The notes under the pieces were generated by a model, which saw only the letters and a program-made list of their open reading frames with translations, had not been told where the DNA came from and searched no databases. From an uncultured Methanosarcinales archaeon (GTDB lineage Archaea; Nanobdellota; Nanobdellia; Woesearchaeales; WJKR01): a stretch of DNA of 64,000 nucleotides. Both the position numbers and the translations under genes were made by a program. How positions within the stretch are numbered: the first letter of the stretch is position 1; each line of letters starts with the position of its first letter. The stretch lies in assembly GCA_964556395.1 (NCBI GenBank), contig CAZKVR010000005.1:1470-65469 (forward strand), written 5' to 3'. Below, in pieces: positions 57,777-64,000 of the stretch.

Positions 57777-59021
57777 ATGAAGAAAGCATTCGCATTACTG
57801 GTACTGATGGTATTGATGACGACAGGCATGGCGATGGACGCCGCGGCGGCGGACAAGCCCCAACTGGACGTGACACTCCTGAGCTACACGCCAGTCCCGG
57901 CAGAGCCCGGAAACTACGTGACGGTCACGCTGAAGCTTGAGAACAAGGGTGATGCGGCCGCCAAGGATGTGGCGGTGGAATTCGTTGACAACTACCCGTT
58001 CAGCCTTGACGACGAGTCGAAGAAGCGTAAGGAGGTCGGAGAACTCGGCCAGAGCGAGACTTACCTGGCAGAGTATCGCGTGCGTGTGGATAGCAACGCG
58101 GTCGAAGGGATGAACTATCTCAATATCCGTTACGCGCAAGGAAAGACGTCTGACAACTGGGTCGAGAAGAGTATACCTCTGACGGTGAGTACCGTCCGGA
58201 AGACGCTGAGCGTCAACTCCGTAAGCGTGGAACCGGAAGTGGTAGCGCCCGGGAACAGGATGGACATCACGCTCAAGTTGAAGAACCTGGCGTCAAGCCA
58301 CGTCCGCGACGTCGGAGTCAAGCTAGAGCTAGCGGATGTCTCGGCGAACGACCAGGCGTACGACATACCTCTGGCACCTATGGGCTCTTCCATCGAGAAG
58401 CGCATCCCTACCCTCCAAGGCGGTGAGACGGCTGATTTCGGGTTCGCGCTCCAGGCATACCCTGAAGCGGAGGCCGGCATCTACAAGGTACCAGTCACTG
58501 TAACCTACACTGACGAGGATGGCAACGACCAGTCAAGGACGGACATGGTCAGCGTTGTTGTGAACGACGAGCCGGACCTCATGACCGTCATCGACCGTAG
58601 TAGCATCTATAGCGACAAAGGGCGTGGAGAGGTGAGGTTGACCATCACGAACAAGGGGTTGTCGGAGATAAAATTCCTTACAATATTGCTAGGTGAGAGC
58701 GAGTCGTTCGACATCCTCTCCGCTTCGGACGAGTTGTATTTAGGCAACGTCGAAAGCGACGACTACGAAAGGGCGTCATTCGACCTGAGGCTTAAGGAGG
58801 AAGGTGTGGATGAGATAACGCTGCCGGTCACCCTCACGTTCAAGGATGCCATGAATAAGGATTACGAGGTTGAGCAGAACTTGACGCTTGACCTCCTATC
58901 GAACTCGGACGACGGGGAAGGGGATTCCTCGACAGGGACTGTGATGACGGTCATCGTCGTGTTGGCACTGGCCGGTTTTCTCATCTACAGGCGCAGGAAG
59001 TGTCGTAAGCAGAGGCGTTGA
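57777..59021 (+). CDS. secreted CARDB/COG1361-like beta-sandwich repeat protein with C-terminal TM anchor
   Basis: Signal peptide MKKAFALLVLMVLMTTGMAMDAAAA, repeated beta-sandwich modules, C-terminal VMTVIVVLALAGFLIYRRRKCRKQRR. Confidence 0.5.
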   Translation: MKKAFALLVLMVLMTTGMAMDAAAADKPQLDVTLLSYTPVPAEPGNYVTVTLKLENKGDAAAKDVAVEFVDNYPFSLDDESKKRKEVGELGQSETYLAEYRVRVDSNAVEGMNYLNIRYAQGKTSDNWVEKSIPLTVSTVRKTLSVNSVSVEPEVVAPGNRMDITLKLKNLASSHVRDVGVKLELADVSANDQAYDIPLAPMGSSIEKRIPTLQGGETADFGFALQAYPEAEAGIYKVPVTVTYTDEDGNDQSRTDMVSVVVNDEPDLMTVIDRSSIYSDKGRGEVRLTITNKGLSEIKFLTILLGESESFDILSASDELYLGNVESDDYERASFDLRLKEEGVDEITLPVTLTFKDAMNKDYEVEQNLTLDLLSNSDDGEGDSSTGTVMTVIVVLALAGFLIYRRRKCRKQRR

Positions 59022-59062
59022 ACACGCCAAGGATAACCGCATATCGGTGAGCGAGGACTATC

Positions 59063-60286
59063 ATGCTAGAGGACTTTTTCAGGCAGGGCGTGAAGAACCT
59101 GACTAATCGCAGGCTCCGTAGCTGGCTGACCATGATAGGCATCTTCATAGGTGTCGCCCTCGTCGTCTCGCTCCTCAGCCTCGGCCAGGGGATGCAGGAT
59201 GCCATTGTCGGCCAGTTCTCAGACTTGGGAGCTGACACCATCACCATCCAGGCCGCTGGCGGCGGCTACGGGCCGCCGGGGACGTACCAGTCCGTCAAGG
59301 TCACGGAGGACGACCTCGAGGTGGTCAAGAGGACCGATGGGGTCGAGGAAGCGTTCGGTCGGATTATCGGCTCCGTCAAGGTAGAGATCGATGATAAGGA
59401 TGAGTACGGCTATGTTTCGACGGTAGCTGAGGATTCTCGGGAGTACGAGATGTCGGTCACGACGCCTGATGATCTCTCGGCCGGACAGGGACGTCTGATA
59501 GAGCCTGGCGACCGCTACGAAGCGGTGGTGGGCTATCGTCTCGGCCACGAGGCTTTGTACGGGAGAGACTTAGAGGTGGGTGATGACATCCTCATCAACG
59601 AGCAGGATTTCGAGATTGTAGGCGTCCTCGAGAAGACCGGCAACCCGCAGCTCGACAGCATCACATGGCTCATGGAGGATGCGGGCCGGGAAGTGACCGG
59701 CACGGATGAGGCTTATGGGCTCATAGTGGCCAAGCTCGAGCGAGGCATGGACCCTAACGTGGCCAAGGAGCGCTTGTTGGAGGAGTTGCGCGACAGCCGT
59801 GACGTCAAGGAGGGCAAGGAGGATTTCACGGTCACGACGGCTCAGGAGACCATCGAATCGCTGAACTCCATCCTAGGCGCTGTCAAGTGGTTCCTCATCG
59901 GCATCGCCGCCATCAGCCTCCTCGTCGGCGGGGTTGGAATCACGAACACCATGTACACTTCGGTCTTGGAGCGTACGCGCGAGATCGGCATCATGAAGGC
60001 TATCGGGGCGAAGAACGAGGACGTCCTGACACTCTTCCTCATAGAATCAGGACTGCTAGGATTGGTAGGAGGCCTCATCGGAATCGCCTTGGGGTTAGGA
60101 TTCGCGTTCGCCACCGCGGCTATCGCGCGGCAGGCCCTCGGGGCGGACATCATCAGGGCTCACGTCTCGTTCGGACTCCTGGCAGGGGCCATGCTGGGCT
60201 CGTTCCTCGTCGGTTCCATCGCAGGCTTGACGCCTGCACGGCAGGCTTCGAGGATGAAGCCTGTGGAGGCGTTGCAGTATGGCTAG
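59063..60286 (+). CDS. ABC transporter permease, FtsX/MacB-type
   Basis: N-terminal TM, large periplasmic MacB_PCD-like domain, C-terminal FtsX 3-TM module (GIMKAIGAKNEDVLTLFLIESGLLG). Confidence 0.8.
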   Translation: MLEDFFRQGVKNLTNRRLRSWLTMIGIFIGVALVVSLLSLGQGMQDAIVGQFSDLGADTITIQAAGGGYGPPGTYQSVKVTEDDLEVVKRTDGVEEAFGRIIGSVKVEIDDKDEYGYVSTVAEDSREYEMSVTTPDDLSAGQGRLIEPGDRYEAVVGYRLGHEALYGRDLEVGDDILINEQDFEIVGVLEKTGNPQLDSITWLMEDAGREVTGTDEAYGLIVAKLERGMDPNVAKERLLEELRDSRDVKEGKEDFTVTTAQETIESLNSILGAVKWFLIGIAAISLLVGGVGITNTMYTSVLERTREIGIMKAIGAKNEDVLTLFLIESGLLGLVGGLIGIALGLGFAFATAAIARQALGADIIRAHVSFGLLAGAMLGSFLVGSIAGLTPARQASRMKPVEALQYG

Positions 60287-61499
60287 TGACCAGCAGCTCG
60301 AGGATTTTTTCAGCATCTCGTTGAAGAGCATCAGGCAGCGCCGCATGCGTAGTTGGCTGACGATGATCGGGATCTTCATCGGCATCGCGGCGGTGGTGGC
60401 TCTCGTCAGCCTCGGCCAGGGCTTGGAGAACGCCATCAATGAGGAGTTCCAGGAGTTGGGCACTGACAAGATGTTCATCTCGCCTGCCGGTTCTCTTTTC
60501 GGAGCAGGGGGTGTGGACTCGTTGACCGAGGATGATGTCGAGCTTCTCGGGGACGTTCGGGGCGTGGATGAAGCTGCGGGCTACATGATGAGTTCGGCTA
60601 AGGTGGAGTGGGATGGCGAGTTGTGGTTCCCGTTCGTCTGGGGAGTGCCTTCTGATGACGACCAGATAAGGCTTCTTGAGGAGATGTTCCCTCTCGAGGA
60701 GGGACGGTTGTTCGAGGAGGGCGCGAAGGGCGTGGCGATCGTGGGTTATGATTACGCCACTGACTCTGCTTTCGACGAGCCCCTTATTATAGGCGATGAC
60801 GTCATGGTGAACGGTGAGAAGTTCGAGGTTGTCGGGTCGTTCGAAGAGGTAGGGAACCGCGATGACGATCGGGTCGTCGCCATCCCGATGGAGCAGGCCC
60901 GCGACTTGTTGGACGTGCCTGAACGCCTGGACAGCATCATCGTCCGTATGGATGAGGGTGAGGATGTGGAGGACGTCGAGGAACGCATCAAGAAGGAGAT
61001 GCGTGATGAGCGTGACCAGGACGAGGGTGAGGAGGATTTCTACGTCCAGACGTTCATGGATGTCATCGAGAGTTTCATGAGCATCCTGAACATCGTGACG
61101 GCGGTCCTCGTGGGTATCGCTGCTATCAGCTTGCTCATCGGTGGCATCGGTATCATGAACACCATGTACACTTCTGTCTTGGAGCGTACGAAGGATATCG
61201 GTATCATGAAGGCTATCGGGGCGAAGAACGAGGACGTCCTGACACTCTTCCTTATAGAGTCAGGGTTGCTGGGGCTCGCGGGCGGTGTCGTCGGCGTGCT
61301 CCTCGGCATGGGGTTGGCGTGGGTGGCGTCGTTCCTGGCCCGGACTGTAGGAGGGTTCGAGTATCTCGTGGCGCAGTTCCCGTGGTGGCTTATCGTCGGC
61401 GCGTTGGCGTTCTCAGTCATAGTCGGCATCCTGTCGGGTATCCTTCCTGCGCGGCAGGCTTCTCGCAAGAACCCGGTTGACGCGTTGCGGTACGAGTAA
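60279..61499 (+). CDS. ABC transporter permease, FtsX/MacB-type (paralog)
   Basis: Same architecture, identical GIMKAIGAKNEDVLTLFLIESGLLG block; 8-nt overlap with upstream permease. Confidence 0.8.
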   Translation: MASDQQLEDFFSISLKSIRQRRMRSWLTMIGIFIGIAAVVALVSLGQGLENAINEEFQELGTDKMFISPAGSLFGAGGVDSLTEDDVELLGDVRGVDEAAGYMMSSAKVEWDGELWFPFVWGVPSDDDQIRLLEEMFPLEEGRLFEEGAKGVAIVGYDYATDSAFDEPLIIGDDVMVNGEKFEVVGSFEEVGNRDDDRVVAIPMEQARDLLDVPERLDSIIVRMDEGEDVEDVEERIKKEMRDERDQDEGEEDFYVQTFMDVIESFMSILNIVTAVLVGIAAISLLIGGIGIMNTMYTSVLERTKDIGIMKAIGAKNEDVLTLFLIESGLLGLAGGVVGVLLGMGLAWVASFLARTVGGFEYLVAQFPWWLIVGALAFSVIVGILSGILPARQASRKNPVDALRYE

Positions 61500-61530
61500 A
61501 GAAAAAGCATATAAATGACTGGTACAGCGT

Positions 61531-62694
61531 GTGGTGTTAGGTGAGCGTGTGAAGGAGAAGCTGAGCTCGAACTTTTTCATCATAGTCCTACTGTCGGTGC
61601 TGTTCTTGGCGGCGCTCGTGGTAGGGCCTTACATGGGTTATATCGTCTTGGCGATGGTCATAGCCTACGCGGCCCGTCCGCTCTACTTGTGGTTCGTGAG
61701 GCGTCTGAAGGTTCCGAAGGGGTGGTCTGCCGGCATCATGGTGGTGCTTACTATCCTCTTCCTGTTCCTCCCATCTATCTTCATCATGCGTTCGCTCGTT
61801 GTGCAGGCTTCTAACACCTTGGCCGGGTTTGACTCTGGAACTTTGGAGCGTTTCAGCGGGGTCATCGGCGACAGGTTCAGCCTGAACCTCGACGCAGGGT
61901 CGGCGTTGGAGCTGGTCAGCTCCCGTATCCAGAACTTCCTCATCACGGAGAGCTTCAACGTCATCGGGAGCATCGCGGATATCGTGATTGGCGTGCTCAT
62001 CACGTTCTTCGTCCTGTTCTACCTTTTCCGGGATGGTGACAAGATATACCGCTCAATCGGAGAGACCTTGCCGTTGAAGAAGGAGCACAAGCAGGTGTTG
62101 TTTGGCGAGATGCAACTGGTGACGAACGCCGTGATATACGGACAGCTCATCATAGCGCTCATCCAAGGGGTCGCGGGCGGTCTGGCTTGGGCTATTTTCG
62201 GCCTGAACAACGCCGTTTTCTGGGGTTTCGTCATCGCTATAATCTCATTCCTTCCTTTGGTGGGGACTCTCACCATCTTCATACCGGCTGGGTTGTTGCA
62301 GATAGTCCAGCATGGCAATTACTTCTCAGGCATCGGTATCATGGTGTTCGGTGTCATCCTCGTGATGAACGTGGACAGCATCGTCCGGCCTTTGATCATC
62401 AGCGAGCGTTCACGGCTGAACGCGGCGCTCATCCTCATCGGCGTCATCGGTGGCGTGAAGGCGTTCGGCTTCATGGGCTTCATCATAGGGCCTTTGGTGT
62501 TGGCGTTGCTCATAGCATTGTTGCAGGCGTTCCGGAAGAACTTCCGGCCTTCTGAGGAGCTCGAGTGGGCTCGGAAGGGCAAGTCAGACCATCTTATCAT
62601 CCCGCTCCATGAGCGGCCTCCTGACAAGCACAGGCAGGGACGGGAGTGGTCGGAGTCGGTGAGGTCTGGTAAGAAGAGCAAGAGAGTCTCGTGA
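61531..62694 (+). CDS. AI-2E family transporter (PerM/UPF0118)
   Basis: 8-TM topology and conserved loop pattern of AI-2E family. Confidence 0.7.
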   Translation: MVLGERVKEKLSSNFFIIVLLSVLFLAALVVGPYMGYIVLAMVIAYAARPLYLWFVRRLKVPKGWSAGIMVVLTILFLFLPSIFIMRSLVVQASNTLAGFDSGTLERFSGVIGDRFSLNLDAGSALELVSSRIQNFLITESFNVIGSIADIVIGVLITFFVLFYLFRDGDKIYRSIGETLPLKKEHKQVLFGEMQLVTNAVIYGQLIIALIQGVAGGLAWAIFGLNNAVFWGFVIAIISFLPLVGTLTIFIPAGLLQIVQHGNYFSGIGIMVFGVILVMNVDSIVRPLIISERSRLNAALILIGVIGGVKAFGFMGFIIGPLVLALLIALLQAFRKNFRPSEELEWARKGKSDHLIIPLHERPPDKHRQGREWSESVRSGKKSKRVS

Positions 62695-62706
62695 GGTGTA
62701 TTTTGT

Positions 62707-63003
62707 ATGGCTACCAAGAAGAGCGGAAAGAAATCTTCCGGGAATAAGAAGCAGTCCGGCGGGGACAAGAAGCAGCTCAGCCAGGGCATGGCGATAGCGG
62801 CGTTGTTGTTGAACATCCTGGTGTTGCCGGGTTTGGGAACGATCATCGGTGGCGACACGAACAACGGCATCATCCAGCTCGTGTTGTTCATCGTCGGCAT
62901 CCCGTTGGCGTTCGTGATAGTAGGCATCCCTTTGATGATCGCGATGTGGGTCTGGGCTTTGGTGTCCGGTATCCAGATGGTCAAGGAAGCTGACGCGGCT
63001 TAG
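62707..63003 (+). CDS. small lysine-rich membrane protein (2 TM)
   Basis: 98 aa; basic N-terminus MATKKSGKKSSGNKKQSGGDKKQ then two TM helices. Confidence 0.3.
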   Translation: MATKKSGKKSSGNKKQSGGDKKQLSQGMAIAALLLNILVLPGLGTIIGGDTNNGIIQLVLFIVGIPLAFVIVGIPLMIAMWVWALVSGIQMVKEADAA

Positions 63004-64000
63004 AACTTCTTTTCTTTCTTTTTTCTCATTCTTTCCAGGTAGTCGTCAAGGGTGCGTTTCAGTGTTGCTTCTTCGTCTGCCGTGAGGTCTATGTTTCTTA
63101 TCCACGCGTCCCACTCCGCCGCTTGCGCGGGGTCGTCGTGGCTGATCGTGCTCGTCCACTTTCTACCCGTGCTTTCCACGAGTCGTTCGAGTTCTTCCGC
63201 CTTGGCGGTGTTGAACATCTTCGTGGCTGGGAGCTTGGTGAGGGCGTTGGCGCCCGCTTCCAATAACAGGGGTGTCTCGTCGAGGCGGTATTCGGCCGTG
63301 CCTGCGATGATCTCGATGTGTGGGAAGGCGGCTCTCGTCTTGGCGACCCACCAAGTGACTTGTTCTCTGGTCGGCCCTTTGGTGTGGGGCGTGCCTTTGA
63401 CGGGTCGTAGCGCGTAGAATGTTATCCTCTCGATGCCGTGCTTCTTGATGAACTCCTCCAGTAGCGGAAAGTCTTCTTCTCGTTCTCCGAGTCCTATGAT
63501 GAGTGTCATGCCGTTCTTCAGGCCCAGTTTTTTCGCTTCGGACATCATCTCCTCGTAGGGTTCGATGGGCTTGTCGGGGCAGACCTGTTCGTGCAACGCA
63601 GGGTTCATGGTTTCTATGCTGCTGACGACTCCTTCGACGTATGGCGTCATCCTCTCCAAGAGGTCTTTCGGTATGGCTCCGAGGTTGACCCAGAGCTTCC
63701 TGCCAAGGGCTTGGCTCGTCAGCTTGATGGTCCTGAGGAGTTCTTCGTCGTCGAGGATGCCGTAGCCGCCGGTGAGGAATTCGATGCGCCAGTTGAAGGC
63801 TCTGATGAGGAGTGCTTCGGTGAGGATGCTGGCGAGGCTTCTGCGCGCCTTCCTGGCGTGTCGTCGCTGGTGTTTGGCGACGCTTCGGAAGCAGAACGTG
63901 CACGTGCCTCGTTCGCAGTAGAAGCTGAGGAAGATGCACCTGCCGAACCACGCATCGCCGTCGAAGCTGTCTTGATAGGCTTTCTGTGCCTGTTCGAGGA
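63000..64000 (-). CDS. radical SAM domain protein (5' end beyond window)
   Basis: In-frame translation upstream of ORF-track start continues without stops to window edge and contains YCERGTCTFCF (Cx4Cx2C) cluster and GGYG motif; BioB/HydE-like C-terminal region. Confidence 0.55.
   Translation of the reverse strand, partial: LEQAQKAYQDSFDGDAWFGRCIFLSFYCERGTCTFCFRSVAKHQRRHARKARRSLASILTEALLIRAFNWRIEFLTGGYGILDDEELLRTIKLTSQALGRKLWVNLGAIPKDLLERMTPYVEGVVSSIETMNPALHEQVCPDKPIEPYEEMMSEAKKLGLKNGMTLIIGLGEREEDFPLLEEFIKKHGIERITFYALRPVKGTPHTKGPTREQVTWWVAKTRAAFPHIEIIAGTAEYRLDETPLLLEAGANALTKLPATKMFNTAKAEELERLVESTGRKWTSTISHDDPAQAAEWDAWIRNIDLTADEEATLKRTLDDYLERMRKKKEKKF

Overview
GC-rich (~60% by eye) archaeal chromosomal segment. 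The archaeal assignment rests on aRF1, aIF-5A, L40e, a short Nop5 plus fibrillarin, ABCE1/RLI, an NMD3-like protein, Sec11-type signal peptidase, leaderless genes with TATA (TTTAAA/TTTATA) boxes about 25 nt upstream, oligo-T terminators, and tRNAs with bulge-helix-bulge-type introns and no encoded CCA. Genes are tightly packed, with many 4-nt ATGA start/stop overlaps. Positions 1-38400 are mostly housekeeping (valS, smc, gap, pta-ackA, trmI, eif5a) mixed with bacterial-type genes (HU, type I GAPDH, Pta/AckA, LigD phosphoesterase). Positions ~36700-49500 look accessory. They hold a 5'-truncated Hel308-like helicase next to a LAGLIDADG homing endonuclease, a tRNA-Ile/tRNA-Asn pair with an att-like 15-nt duplication of the tRNA-Asn 3' end, and a ~10 kb cell-surface locus. 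That locus carries paralogous N-terminally anchored pilin-like proteins, a CARDB-like protein, a membrane protein with four ~72-75 bp tandem Cys-rich repeats, two tandem ribbon-helix-helix (RHH) genes behind an AGTTAA-type operator array, and a 1228-aa cadherin-like giant adhesin. Positions 51-62.7 kb hold a MoxR-DUF58-vWA-PAP2 operon, a GH3-family enzyme and a MarR-like/MacB-type ABC/FtsX export cluster; an AI-2E transporter, a small membrane protein and a window-truncated radical SAM gene follow to the window end. Product names and family assignments come from motif recognition in the supplied translations, not database searches.
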